From NCBI GenBank assembly GCA_021780675.1, contig JAJXYH010000013.1:593-64592 (forward strand): a stretch of 64,000 nt of DNA, in the 5' to 3' direction. Below, one piece after another: positions 1 through 9,859 of the stretch. Origin of the DNA: a bacterium (GTDB lineage: Bacteria; Patescibacteriota; Microgenomatia; Levybacterales; UBA12049). The position numbers and the translations under genes were made by a program. Position 1 is the first letter of the stretch. Each line of letters starts with the position of its first letter. The notes beneath the pieces were generated by a model. It worked only from the letters and a program-made list of their open reading frames with translations, did no database searches and was not told the DNA's origin.

Positions 1-177
1 GCTTTTTATTTTTTGTTCGATGTACTTTTTGCAAGCCGCCGGCGCGGTATTTTGATTGGCGGATTTATTTGCCTATATTTGGCTTTAAGATATTTTGGAC
101 TCACCCACCCGTTATTTTTAGTACTATTAATAGTACTGTTTGGGGGAATTGAAATGTTTTTCGTTAAACGAAGCTAA
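1..177 (+). CDS. 3' end of a small membrane protein (5' truncated by window edge)
   Basis: Frame 1 is open to TAA at 175-177 and reads AFYFLFDVLFASRRRGILIGGFICLYLALRYFGLTHPLFLVLLIVLFGGIEMFFVKRS; hydrophobic. Not in the ORF track. Confidence 0.7.
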   Translation, partial: AFYFLFDVLFASRRRGILIGGFICLYLALRYFGLTHPLFLVLLIVLFGGIEMFFVKRS

Positions 178-180
178 TTC

Positions 181-189
181 TGCTATAAT
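181..189 (+). promoter_or_regulatory. Extended -10 promoter element of metG (leaderless-type)
   Basis: TGCTATAAT ends 8 nt before the ATG at 198; no Shine-Dalgarno. Confidence 0.7.
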
Positions 190-197
190 CTTTAATT

Positions 198-1643
198 ATG
201 GACAAGTACTACGTTACAACACCAATTTATTATATTAATGACATTCCGCATGTTGGACATGCCTACACTACTGTTTCTGCAGACATCCTAACAAGATATT
301 ACAAACAAAAATTAGGAAACGATAATGTTTTATTTCTTACCGGTACCGATGAACATGGAACAAAAGTTGCAGCTGCGGCAAAAGAGGAAGGAAAAGAACC
401 TAAGGAATATGCCGACTCAATAGTTCCAAAATTTGAGGATGCTTGGAAAATTTTAAATATCGACTATGACCATTTCTTCAGAACCACCGATATTAGACAT
501 GAAAAAATTGTTCAAGAAGTATTACAAAAAATTTATGATAAGGGACTAATAGAAGAGGGAATTTACGAAGGACTATATTGTGTAGGTTGCGAAAAATTTT
601 TAACCGAATCAGACTTAGTAAACGGTAAATGCCCACTTCACCCAAACAAAAAACCTATTCACCAAAAAGAAAAAAATTATTTCTTTAAACTTTCTAAATA
701 TGAAGGTGAATTAATTAAGGATTTTGAGTCGGATAATGTTAATATCTTGCCCGAAAGTAGAAAAAAAGAAATCTTAGGTAAATTAAAAGAGGGATTAAAA
801 GATATTGCAATTTCACGAGAGGAAGTTTCTTGGGGAATTCCTATTCCATGGGATAAAAAACAAACCATATATGTATGGGTTGAGGCTCTCTTCAATTATT
901 ATACGGCGACGCAATTTTTAAATCATAAGCAGAAATTTTGGCCTGCGGATTTACATCTTATCGGCAAAGATATACTTTGGTTCCACACTGTGATTTGGTG
1001 TGCTTTATTAAAAGCTGCAGACCTCCCTTTACCAAAAACTATTTTTGCACATGGTTTTTTTAGCATCAACGGACAAAAAATGTCAAAATCTCTGGGAAAC
1101 GTCATTTCTCCCAAAGAACTTGTAGATAAGTTTGGCGCTGATGCAACCAGATACTTATTGGAATCGCAGTTTCCTTTTGGGGAAGATGGAGATTTTTCAA
1201 TCGAAAAACTTATTGAAGGATATAATGCCTACTTAGCAAACGGACTTGGTAATTTAATATCAAGAGTAGCAAAATTATGCGAAACGGCTCGGTTTGTCCA
1301 AAGCTCCAACGAAAAGTCGGGACACGTTATTGTTGAACAGGAAAGTTTTGATAAAGCAATGGAAGAATTTAGATTTAACGATGCATTATCGATTGTTTGG
1401 GAAAAAATTTCCAAACTTGATAAATATATTAACGAAGAAAAACCATGGGAACTTTTAAAACTTCCCGAGGGAAGTAAAAAACTTGGAAGTATCGAGGATG
1501 TTCTGGCTCATGCGGTTTCACAAATACAGGAAATTGGAATTTTACTCAAGCCCTTTATGCCGGAAACGAGCAAAAAAATAATCGACCAGTTTGAAAAACC
1601 ACAAATTGCTTCGTCTTCACCGCTTTTCCCGAGAATTGTTTAA
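198..1643 (+). CDS. metG: Methionine--tRNA ligase (short form, no C-terminal tRNA-binding domain)
   Basis: YVTTPIYY, HVGH, LTGTDEHG, CVGC..CPLH knuckle, KMSKS. Confidence 0.97.
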   Translation: MDKYYVTTPIYYINDIPHVGHAYTTVSADILTRYYKQKLGNDNVLFLTGTDEHGTKVAAAAKEEGKEPKEYADSIVPKFEDAWKILNIDYDHFFRTTDIRHEKIVQEVLQKIYDKGLIEEGIYEGLYCVGCEKFLTESDLVNGKCPLHPNKKPIHQKEKNYFFKLSKYEGELIKDFESDNVNILPESRKKEILGKLKEGLKDIAISREEVSWGIPIPWDKKQTIYVWVEALFNYYTATQFLNHKQKFWPADLHLIGKDILWFHTVIWCALLKAADLPLPKTIFAHGFFSINGQKMSKSLGNVISPKELVDKFGADATRYLLESQFPFGEDGDFSIEKLIEGYNAYLANGLGNLISRVAKLCETARFVQSSNEKSGHVIVEQESFDKAMEEFRFNDALSIVWEKISKLDKYINEEKPWELLKLPEGSKKLGSIEDVLAHAVSQIQEIGILLKPFMPETSKKIIDQFEKPQIASSSPLFPRIV

Positions 1644-2773
1644 ATAATAAGTGTTTGTTTTTCTAAACCGGGCACTCTACCCGTAATAGTTCCTGTTTGT
1701 ACTAAGTGACGATTTCCAATCGACTGAGGAGCATCCATGTCTAACTCCTCCACACCTGTAATTGATGCAAAAGTTGCAAAGCAATCGAACGGATCACCGG
1801 AAACAACCTCATCAAGATCCATTATTCCCGGAAACTCATCGGTGGGGTTGCCATCACCGGTTACCCACATTAATTCGAAAGCTCCACCTAAAGCTTTGGC
1901 AGCACATGCTGCTATTACCGCTTCCGGTTTTCCCCCGCTTCCAATTGAAAGAATCGGATGGTCTTCGGTTGTTAAGGCTTTAAGGGCCGGAGCCAAATCC
2001 CCTCTTGGTATTTCTATAACATTCGTACCCAAAGACTCATATCCATATATAATAGCTTGGTTTCTTGGTCTGCCTAAAATATAAACATCTATTTCATGAG
2101 GGTCGGTAATCCCATATTCCTTAAGGGTTGCCATTATGTTTTGTTCTGCAGTATTTGATAAACTTACCTTTCCTTTTAATCTCTTGTGGGCAACAATTCT
2201 GTCTGCATATTTAGCGCTTGAATCTTCTTCGGGAATTTTAGTAATATCACCACTTCGTGTTCCTGCAATAATTGCAAATGAACCATCTTTATTTAACGAT
2301 GCATTGGTTGTTCCTTCAATAGGATCAATTACCAATTTCACTTTTTCAGGCGCTTCCTGTAAAACCTGGCGTTTGGAAAATGGAATTGAGTTTCCGAGTC
2401 CGTAAGCTCCCTCTGCTACACGAAGATCGGTTCGCCCAATCCCATCCTCCTCTGCTTTTCTTTTTTCTTTTTTTCCTTCACAATCCACAACTTCCGAAAC
2501 GAAATCTGCTTCATGCAAACCAAATTCCAACAATTCCGTTGCTCTGGTATCAAGCTTATGCCCTACTTCTAAAATTTGTGCTTTTGTCTGGGGAATTCCG
2601 CTTGCTTCGTGTATATCTGAAATAGCTACCCGAGCATCAACTGCTATCTGGGCTGTAATCGATGAATAAACTTTTAAAGCGTGATCCATTTCGATTTTGT
2701 CTTTAGGAGGGGTGCTTTCTACCGGTCTTGCGGGGAAAACGGGTACTTGTTCAACTAAAACTTCGTGCAACAT
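1640..2773 (-). CDS. glpX: Divergent class II fructose-1,6-bisphosphatase (GlpX family)
   Basis: DPIEGT, RPR, GD, GGKPEAVIAACAAKALGG motifs; N-terminal extension. Confidence 0.75.
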   Translation of the reverse strand: MLHEVLVEQVPVFPARPVESTPPKDKIEMDHALKVYSSITAQIAVDARVAISDIHEASGIPQTKAQILEVGHKLDTRATELLEFGLHEADFVSEVVDCEGKKEKRKAEEDGIGRTDLRVAEGAYGLGNSIPFSKRQVLQEAPEKVKLVIDPIEGTTNASLNKDGSFAIIAGTRSGDITKIPEEDSSAKYADRIVAHKRLKGKVSLSNTAEQNIMATLKEYGITDPHEIDVYILGRPRNQAIIYGYESLGTNVIEIPRGDLAPALKALTTEDHPILSIGSGGKPEAVIAACAAKALGGAFELMWVTGDGNPTDEFPGIMDLDEVVSGDPFDCFATFASITGVEELDMDAPQSIGNRHLVQTGTITGRVPGLEKQTLII

Positions 2774-2877
2774 ATAAAAATTATAAATCGAAACATTAAC
2801 GCATACTTGACGGAAATTAGTAATTTTTTCTGTCCAAATCCTGACAGAAAATATACAATTTAGTATATAATTAAATT

Positions 2878-3447
2878 GTGGACAGCATATCTGTTTTAAT
2901 AATTTTGTCTTTAGTAATTTACATAATAAATGTAATTCCTGTGTTTATGCCTCCTACATGGACCATCCTTGCGTTTTATTACATCCAGTTTCATCCGCCT
3001 CTTTTACCGGCTGCCGTAGCCGGAGCGATCGCGGCAACACTGGGAAGAGTAACTTTATATTATATTTCTAAAAATCATTTCCGCAGGTTTTTTTCCAAAA
3101 AAGATTTAACAAACTATGATGCATTGGGACTTTTTTTTAAAAAAAAACAAAAATTATCGGCACAACTTTTTTTAACTTACGCATTCTTCCCTATTTCTTC
3201 TAATTATGTTTATATTGCCGCCGGACTATCAAAAATTAATATTAAACTTTTGGCGGGATGTTTTTTATTGGGAAGAATTTTTAGTTATACTTTTTGGGTG
3301 GCAACCTCACATGTAGTTTTTACAAGAATTGACCAAATTTTTTCAAAGGAATTATCCAATACAGGTGTTATTATCCTTGAAATTGTAGGTTTATTAGTCT
3401 TAGTTGGAATAGGAAAAATAAATTGGAAAAGAGTGCTGCACGTATAA
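2878..3447 (+). CDS. Membrane protein, DedA/VTT-like
   Basis: PVFMPPTW, AATLG..YYI and FFPISSN..IAAG pattern; several TM segments. Confidence 0.6.
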   Translation: MDSISVLIILSLVIYIINVIPVFMPPTWTILAFYYIQFHPPLLPAAVAGAIAATLGRVTLYYISKNHFRRFFSKKDLTNYDALGLFFKKKQKLSAQLFLTYAFFPISSNYVYIAAGLSKINIKLLAGCFLLGRIFSYTFWVATSHVVFTRIDQIFSKELSNTGVIILEIVGLLVLVGIGKINWKRVLHV

Positions 3448-3495
3448 ATAATTTTTCTTATTGACTTAGCGGAAAATAATGATATATTTATGTAA

Positions 3496-4164
3496 ATGAA
3501 GAATAAAAACGTACTCATAGCTTTTGTTGTAGTTTTACTTCTTTTGCTTTTAGGAGCCGGAGCATACCTTATGCTTAGTAAAAACGCAACTAAGTCCGCT
3601 CAAGTACCAACAGAAAAAACTCAAAAAACAAATACCCAAGCAGAGCAAACAACAAAATCTCTTTTAGATCTTGTTAATTCCGGACAAAAATTACGTTGCA
3701 CGTATAAAACAGCTATTGCCAACGGAACATCCGACGGCACTGTTTACATCTCGGGACAAAACATTAGAGCAGACTTTAATGCTACCGTACAGGGTCAGAA
3801 GCCTACGCAAACCAGTATGATTAAAAATAGAACCACTACTTATATTTGGGGATCTATCATGCAAGGCAAGGGCATAAAAATGACCACAAGCTTGGATGCA
3901 ATGGCGCAAAGTAAAGAGGCTGCTCAGTATGTAGATCCTACTCAAAAACTTGATTATAGTTGCGCTCCGTGGAATGTTGATTCTTCACTTTTCACTGCTC
4001 CTTCAAACGTTGAGTTTACCGATATGACAAATCTTATGGTGCCAAAAGCAACCGTTACGGGAACCCAAACACAAACCGCTCCATCCTCTTCTGATCCATG
4101 CGCTCAACTTACGGGTAGTGTTAAAACCGCTTGTGAAAATGCTTTACAGCAAAGCGGTAAATAG
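3496..4164 (+). CDS. Membrane-anchored exported protein of unknown function
   Basis: N-terminal TM anchor, Thr/Gln-rich linker, two Cys pairs; TTGACT/TATATT promoter directly upstream. Confidence 0.75.
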   Translation: MKNKNVLIAFVVVLLLLLLGAGAYLMLSKNATKSAQVPTEKTQKTNTQAEQTTKSLLDLVNSGQKLRCTYKTAIANGTSDGTVYISGQNIRADFNATVQGQKPTQTSMIKNRTTTYIWGSIMQGKGIKMTTSLDAMAQSKEAAQYVDPTQKLDYSCAPWNVDSSLFTAPSNVEFTDMTNLMVPKATVTGTQTQTAPSSSDPCAQLTGSVKTACENALQQSGK

Positions 4165-4165
4165 T

Positions 4166-4268
4166 TTCATCACGAGTTCCGCCTGATAAGCGGACGGCAA
4201 CCGAAAGACAAACGGTGCCAATCCGGAAAGGAAGATGTGTCCTTAAACGTTATCTTAAGGAAAGTCTA
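4166..4268 (+). ncRNA. SAM riboswitch, SAM-I/IV type
   Basis: CATCACGAG..GGCAACC..GGTGCCAATCC..AGATG core; P1 CATC/GATG; P5 TCCTTAA/TTAAGGA; L3 AGAC pairs with GTCT after P5; lies upstream of metK. Confidence 0.9.
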
Positions 4269-4283
4269 ATTAAAAGCATTTAT

Positions 4284-4310
4284 GCCTTCCGGATTTTCGG
4301 GAGGTTTTTT
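4284..4310 (+). terminator. Riboswitch-controlled intrinsic terminator
   Basis: GCCTTCCG-GATTTT-CGGGAGGT followed by a T run; its 5' side TTCCGGATT is complementary to aptamer AATCCGGAA (antiterminator). Confidence 0.85.
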
Positions 4311-4384
4311 GTTGCGGAGGCAACATTCCGAACAACTCGCGAAGCGGATTAGTTGTGAGGAATTATGAACTTTAAATTTTATAT

Positions 4385-5476
4385 ATGAATTATACTTTTA
4401 CATCAGAATCTGTTTGTGCTGGACATCCGGATAAAATTTGCGATTCTATATCCGACGCAATTTTAGATGCAATTTTAAGCGAAGATAAAAAGGCGCGGGT
4501 TGCAGTCGAAACCGTTGCAGCATTTAATAGGGTTGCAATTGTTGGAGAAGTAACAACCCATGCAAAAGTCGACTATAAAAAGATTGCCAGACAAAGAATA
4601 ATAGACTTAGGATATACAAATCCAAAATTTAATTTCACCGATAAATCCAGGATCGAAGTCGATATCCACGAACAATCACCGGAAATTTATAAAGGTGTAA
4701 AAACTAAAGGTGCCGGAGATCAGGGAATGATGTTCGGCTTTGCATGTACCGAAACTAAAAGTTTAATGCCAATGCCAATAACTATTGCGCATAATTTAGC
4801 AAAAAGATTAGACGAAGTTAAAAAAGACACCCTACCGTTTTTAAGACCGGACGGAAAAACGCAAGTAACTATAGAGTATAAAAATAATAAACCTTACAAG
4901 GTTAACCAAATCGTTATTGCTGTCCCCCATGACGAAAATAAATCATTAAATCAAGTAAAAAAGGCATTATATAAGCATGTCGTTAAATATGTATTAGATG
5001 AATTCGGATTTAAACTATTAGAAAAAGATTTAATTGTTAACGGAACAGGCGTTTGGCATATTCCCGGACCGGCAAGCGATGCAGGGTTAACAGGCAGAAA
5101 AATCATAGTAGATACCTATGGCGGATATGCAAGAGTTGGTGGCGGAGCGTTTTCGGGAAAAGACCCAACCAAAGTTGATAGAAGCGGCGCCTATGCGGCA
5201 AGATTTTTAGCAAAAAATATCGTCAGGGAAGGCTTAGCGGAGAAGGCAGAAGTAAGACTTGCTTATTTTATCGGCGCAAAAAATCCAAGTATGCAGGAGA
5301 TTGAAACTTTTGGTACAGCCAAAGCAAGCGATAAAACAATCAAAAATTTTATGTCTAAAATTCTTGATACCTCTGTTAAGGGAATTTTGAAAGGGTTAGA
5401 CCTGCAAAGGCCTATTTATCTGCAAACTTCAGCTTACGGCCATTTCGGACGAGAAATATTTCCTTGGGAGAAATAA
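4385..5476 (+). CDS. metK: S-adenosylmethionine synthetase
   Basis: FTSESV..GHPDK, GAGDQG, RPDGK, GGGAFSGKDPTKVDRS, YGHFG. Confidence 0.98.
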   Translation: MNYTFTSESVCAGHPDKICDSISDAILDAILSEDKKARVAVETVAAFNRVAIVGEVTTHAKVDYKKIARQRIIDLGYTNPKFNFTDKSRIEVDIHEQSPEIYKGVKTKGAGDQGMMFGFACTETKSLMPMPITIAHNLAKRLDEVKKDTLPFLRPDGKTQVTIEYKNNKPYKVNQIVIAVPHDENKSLNQVKKALYKHVVKYVLDEFGFKLLEKDLIVNGTGVWHIPGPASDAGLTGRKIIVDTYGGYARVGGGAFSGKDPTKVDRSGAYAARFLAKNIVREGLAEKAEVRLAYFIGAKNPSMQEIETFGTAKASDKTIKNFMSKILDTSVKGILKGLDLQRPIYLQTSAYGHFGREIFPWEK

Positions 5477-5498
5477 GTTTTTGTGCTAAACTAAGTTT

Positions 5499-5744
5499 AT
5501 GAGAAAACTTTTGGCGCTTATCATTTTTTTGTTCCTGATAATCCTGATACCAAATTATTTTACCCAAAGGCAAACAGATGCATATAACAGCAATAATACG
5601 CCGACTACACAGAACGTACAACAACCTACAAATATCCCAACCCCAACTCCTACGGTAATCCCGGCAACTCCTACTCCGCTTCCTCCTATGCAAAACTCTC
5701 TGCAGCTTCCTTCATTTAGAGTAAATGGCGGCGGAGATGATTAA
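5499..5744 (+). CDS. Small Pro/Thr-rich membrane-anchored protein
   Basis: N-terminal TM, PTPTPT linker; TGCTAAACT 6 nt before ATG. Confidence 0.6.
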   Translation: MRKLLALIIFLFLIILIPNYFTQRQTDAYNSNNTPTTQNVQQPTNIPTPTPTVIPATPTPLPPMQNSLQLPSFRVNGGGDD

Positions 5745-5750
5745 ACTACC

Positions 5751-6545
5751 ATGATTGACGCCCACTGTCATCTTAATTTCCACGCATTTGAAAATGATTT
5801 GGATGAAGTAGTAAAACGAGCAAAGGAAAAGGGCGTTGAAAAAATTATTAATGTAGGAACAAGCCTTGAGTCAAGCCAAAAAGCGGTGGAGCTGGCAGAA
5901 AAATATGAAAATCTTTATGCAATTGTTGGTATTCACCCCCACCATGCGGACAAACTTGAAAAAGGCTGGGAAGATGAATTAGAAAAAATTGCTAAACACC
6001 AAAAAGTAATTGGTATTGGGGAAATCGGGCTTGACTATTATAGTTATAAATCAAACGGAATTGTTGATCCCAAACTGCAAAAAGAGGTTTTTGAAGCTCA
6101 AATTAACCTTGCACATAAATTAAGACTACCGCTGCAAATCCACAACCGTCATGCAGGAGACGACATTTTAGCCATACTTTATAGGCACAAAAATAGTCTT
6201 TTGGAAACTCCGGGAATGTTTCATTGTTTTGCAGGAAGCCGCGATGTTTTAATTGATGCTTTGAAGTTTGGTTTTTATATTGGATTTGATGGTAATTCTA
6301 CTTATAGTGGGCTTGCACCAGGTGAAACTGTTGAACTGCCCGAACTTATCAAGATGACGCCCCTTGATAGAATTGTTGTAGAAACCGATTCTCCATATCT
6401 TACCCCGATACCCCACCGCGGTAGCAGAAACGAACCTTCCTATGTTATAATTACAGCTGAATTCATAGGTAAAATTAAAAATACTCCTTTCGAAAAATTA
6501 GAAAAAATCACAACGGAAAATGTTCTAAAAATATTTAAAATATGA
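5751..6545 (+). CDS. tatD: TatD family DNase
   Basis: IDAHCHL, GIHPH, GEIGLD, HNR, FHCF, ETDSPY. Confidence 0.95.
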   Translation: MIDAHCHLNFHAFENDLDEVVKRAKEKGVEKIINVGTSLESSQKAVELAEKYENLYAIVGIHPHHADKLEKGWEDELEKIAKHQKVIGIGEIGLDYYSYKSNGIVDPKLQKEVFEAQINLAHKLRLPLQIHNRHAGDDILAILYRHKNSLLETPGMFHCFAGSRDVLIDALKFGFYIGFDGNSTYSGLAPGETVELPELIKMTPLDRIVVETDSPYLTPIPHRGSRNEPSYVIITAEFIGKIKNTPFEKLEKITTENVLKIFKI

Positions 6546-8035
6546 CACAAACTTTTAACAGAATTTTCATCCGATATCCGGTAAAAACCAAAAGGGCTTT
6601 GGAAATCTTACCGGGTTTTGTCTCATGGATGCTTATACTTTTTCCTCTATGGGGTTCTTTTTTTATACCATTGGTGGTTGCCTATTTCATCCTGTTTTTT
6701 GACGTATATTGGTTTTATAAAAGTTTTTCTCTTGTAATTACTGCCTATATTTCATCAAGAAAAATCCGACAGGCGGAAAAAGAAAATTGGCTGGAGGCTG
6801 CAAAACCACTAGAGAATTTTGAAAACACAAGCCATATTGTAATTATTCCTAATTATAAAGAAACATTAGAAAAACTAAGAAAAACTATTGAAAGCTTGGC
6901 TGACCAAAGTTTCCCGGCAAAAAGAATTTACGTTGTACTTGCCATGGAAAAAAGAGAAACCGAAGCAAAAGAAAGAGCAGAAAAACTAACCACAGAATTT
7001 AAAGATGTCTTCGGAGATATTTTTGCAACCTTTCATCCCGATATTCAAGGTGAAGTAAAAGGTAAATCATCTAACGAAAGCTATGCCGGAAAGGTTGCCT
7101 ATAAAAAATTGACTAAAGAGAAAAAAATTGACTATGACTTTACAACTATTTCCTCTGTTGATGCCGATTCTATCTTTGATAAACAGTATTTTTCGTATCT
7201 TACCTTTCTATTTTTAACCGATAAAAATAGGTATGAAAAGTTCTGGCAATCGGCCAATGTTAATTACAATAATTTTTGGAATGTTCCGGCTCCGATTAGA
7301 GTCATTTCATTTTTCGGAAGTCTATACAGAACCGCACTTTTGGTACAAAAAGACAGGCTCGTTTCTAATTCCACTTATTCGCTATCCCTTAAGCTTATGC
7401 ATGAAATCGGATTTTGGGATACAGACGTAATTCCAGAAGATTATAGAATATTCTTTAAGGCATTTTTTAAAAAACAGGGACAAGTATATATGGAGCCAAT
7501 ATTCTTAAAAACTTCCATGGATGCCCCACTTTCTTCAAGCTATGTAAAATCGCTTAATAATAAATACCAGCAGGAAAGAAGATGGAGCTGGGGGGCATCT
7601 GACGATGCTCTGTTTATAAAATGGTGGCTTACTATTCCTAATGTTCCCTTTTTTAGAAAAACACACTTAGTTTTTAATGTTCTGGTAGATCATTTTTTAT
7701 GGCCGGTAAATTGGTTTATAATTACAATAGCTGCAAATATTATGCCGTTTGTTAATCCGGTTTTTACAAGAACTACACTTGGTTACAATCTTCCCAGGAT
7801 GGCTGGATTTATCTTAACCCTCTGTCTATTAGCAACTTTTGGAATGATAATAATAGATTATAGACAACGAAGTTCGCATCAAAAGACTTCGAAAAAAAGA
7901 CAACTTTTATTTCCACTGGAATTTTTGCTTCTTCCTATTATCGGATTTTTCCTTTCTTCACTTCCCGCTCTAATTTCTCATACACAACTTATGCTTGGCA
8001 AAAGACTTGAGTATAAAGTTACAGAAAAACTTTAA
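6542..8035 (+). CDS. Membrane glycosyltransferase, GT2 family (processive-type)
   Basis: IIPNYKE, KGKSSN, VDAD, PED and QERRW motifs; flanking TM helices. Confidence 0.88.
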   Translation: MTQTFNRIFIRYPVKTKRALEILPGFVSWMLILFPLWGSFFIPLVVAYFILFFDVYWFYKSFSLVITAYISSRKIRQAEKENWLEAAKPLENFENTSHIVIIPNYKETLEKLRKTIESLADQSFPAKRIYVVLAMEKRETEAKERAEKLTTEFKDVFGDIFATFHPDIQGEVKGKSSNESYAGKVAYKKLTKEKKIDYDFTTISSVDADSIFDKQYFSYLTFLFLTDKNRYEKFWQSANVNYNNFWNVPAPIRVISFFGSLYRTALLVQKDRLVSNSTYSLSLKLMHEIGFWDTDVIPEDYRIFFKAFFKKQGQVYMEPIFLKTSMDAPLSSSYVKSLNNKYQQERRWSWGASDDALFIKWWLTIPNVPFFRKTHLVFNVLVDHFLWPVNWFIITIAANIMPFVNPVFTRTTLGYNLPRMAGFILTLCLLATFGMIIIDYRQRSSHQKTSKKRQLLFPLEFLLLPIIGFFLSSLPALISHTQLMLGKRLEYKVTEKL

Positions 8036-9525
8036 TGATTAACTTATTAAAAAAATTAGAGAAAAACATTAATTTTTGGTTTTTAGTAGGAATATCTTTT
8101 TTATTTTTCTTGTTAAGATTTCCTTCTCTTTTTGAACCTAACTGGTATGGAGATGAAGGAATTTACCAAGTATTGGGATTAGGAATAAATGCGGGGAGAC
8201 TTTTATACAGAGATATTTTCGACAACAAACCACCGCTTCTATATATACTTTACAGCCTCGTAAATTCTAATTTATTTTGGATAAGATTTCTTTCCTTAGT
8301 TGCAGGACTTTTTGCTGTTTGGGGATTTTATTATTTATCTAAGAAAATTTTAAAAACAAAAAAGGCAAGCTTTGTTACAACCGGAATTTTTGCAATACTC
8401 TTCGGTCTTCCTTTAATTGAGGGCAACATCGCAAATGCGGAAAATTTTATGTTGCTTCCTAATATTATTGGTGCAATTCTTGTTTTAAAATCCATAGAGG
8501 TTGCAAGCCTTAATAAAAAATTGATACTGCTTTCTGCATCAGGCTTTATATTGGGTTTATCATTTTTATTAAAAATAGTTGCTGTTTTTGATTTTGCAGC
8601 GTTTTTTATGTTTTTATTTATTGCAGATTTTCCCGGTAAAATTTCGCAATTTTTTGAAAAGGAAAAATTTTTATTAGCCTTTAAAAAACTTTCCGTTTTT
8701 ACCGTTAGCTTTGCCCTTCCGATAATTCTTACTACTTTATTTTTTATTCTAAATAATTCCCTCTCCTATTTCTTAAAAGCAGTTCTTTTCAATAACGTAG
8801 GGTATGTAGGATATGGCAACCAATTTATAATTCCTCAGGGCTTACTGATTATTAAGCTTGCTTTATTGTTAATATCTATACTTTTCTTATTTATTAAAAG
8901 AAAATCATTTGATAAAACTTTTATCTTTGTAGGTATTTGGTTGGGTTTTTCGCTTTTTGATACGTTTTTTTCGCAGCGACCTTATACCCATTATGTATTA
9001 ACACTTTTACCCAGTTTTTGTCTTATGGTTGGTTTACTTTATCAAGATAATAAATCATCTAAACTTGCCGGAATTTTTGCTTTATCAACTCTTATAATAG
9101 TGCTTCTCAATTTTAAGTTTTATTCTAAAACCGGTTATTATTATCAAAATTTTATTTCATACATCACTGGTTTTGAAAAAACTTATGATTACAGGAAATT
9201 TTTTGATGGTAATACTCCGCGTGATTATGAGCTTGCGGACTATCTACTTCTTCAAGAAAAATCCGGATCAAAAACTTTTATCTGGGGTAATAATGCGGAA
9301 GTTTATACACTAATTAATTCTCTTCCTCCCGGAAGATATACTGTTGCTTATCATATTACCAACTATAAAGACGGTTATCAAAATACACTAGACGGATTAA
9401 AAAATAGTCCTCCTCAATTTATTGTAATAATGCCAAATGTTCCATCTTATCCATTCAGCCTTTACGGCTATAATCTAAAAATTAATTTAAGCGGTATAAA
9501 TATTTATGAAAAAATTAATCAATAA
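8035..9525 (+). CDS. GT-C fold membrane glycosyltransferase (ArnT/PMT-like)
   Basis: DEGIY, DNKPPL, NAENF motifs; multi-TM with soluble C-terminal domain. Confidence 0.8.
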   Translation: MINLLKKLEKNINFWFLVGISFLFFLLRFPSLFEPNWYGDEGIYQVLGLGINAGRLLYRDIFDNKPPLLYILYSLVNSNLFWIRFLSLVAGLFAVWGFYYLSKKILKTKKASFVTTGIFAILFGLPLIEGNIANAENFMLLPNIIGAILVLKSIEVASLNKKLILLSASGFILGLSFLLKIVAVFDFAAFFMFLFIADFPGKISQFFEKEKFLLAFKKLSVFTVSFALPIILTTLFFILNNSLSYFLKAVLFNNVGYVGYGNQFIIPQGLLIIKLALLLISILFLFIKRKSFDKTFIFVGIWLGFSLFDTFFSQRPYTHYVLTLLPSFCLMVGLLYQDNKSSKLAGIFALSTLIIVLLNFKFYSKTGYYYQNFISYITGFEKTYDYRKFFDGNTPRDYELADYLLLQEKSGSKTFIWGNNAEVYTLINSLPPGRYTVAYHITNYKDGYQNTLDGLKNSPPQFIVIMPNVPSYPFSLYGYNLKINLSGINIYEKINQ

Positions 9526-9859
9526 TATTAAATCTGACAAAATTACATTAAGAGGATTTTTACTTAGTTTAATTTTAGGCTTGTTAACAAGTGTGTACGT
9601 ATTGTTTTATTACGGATCACTTCCTCCATTTATTCCTATTTTTAATCAACTTCCCTGGGGGGAACAAAGATTTACCTCTACTATTGGAATTTTTATTCCT
9701 ATCATTATATTTTCTTTATTATTTCTATTTAACCTAATTGTTACCGGAGTTATTTATAACAAAAATCCCCTAATTGCAAGGATAATTGCCGCAACAACTC
9801 TTCTTATAGCTATCATGAATTCTATTTTTATTATAAGAACAATTTTAGTAATAATTTAA
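9506..9859 (+). CDS. Small membrane protein (LP..IP motif, DUF1648-like)
   Basis: 3 TM helices, LPPFIPIFNQLPWGE; inside the operon. Confidence 0.65.
   Translation: MKKLINNIKSDKITLRGFLLSLILGLLTSVYVLFYYGSLPPFIPIFNQLPWGEQRFTSTIGIFIPIIIFSLLFLFNLIVTGVIYNKNPLIARIIAATTLLIAIMNSIFIIRTILVII

Noticed and set aside
2826-2851. Inverted repeat TTTTCTGTC-N8-GACAGAAAA
   Set aside because: Can be explained as back-to-back -35-like boxes (TGGACA/CTGACA) between divergent genes; no other evidence for an operator or terminator
5590-5690. Repetitive PTPTPT-coding DNA as a tandem repeat or CRISPR
   Set aside because: Only low-complexity coding sequence; no constant repeat-spacer units seen anywhere in the window
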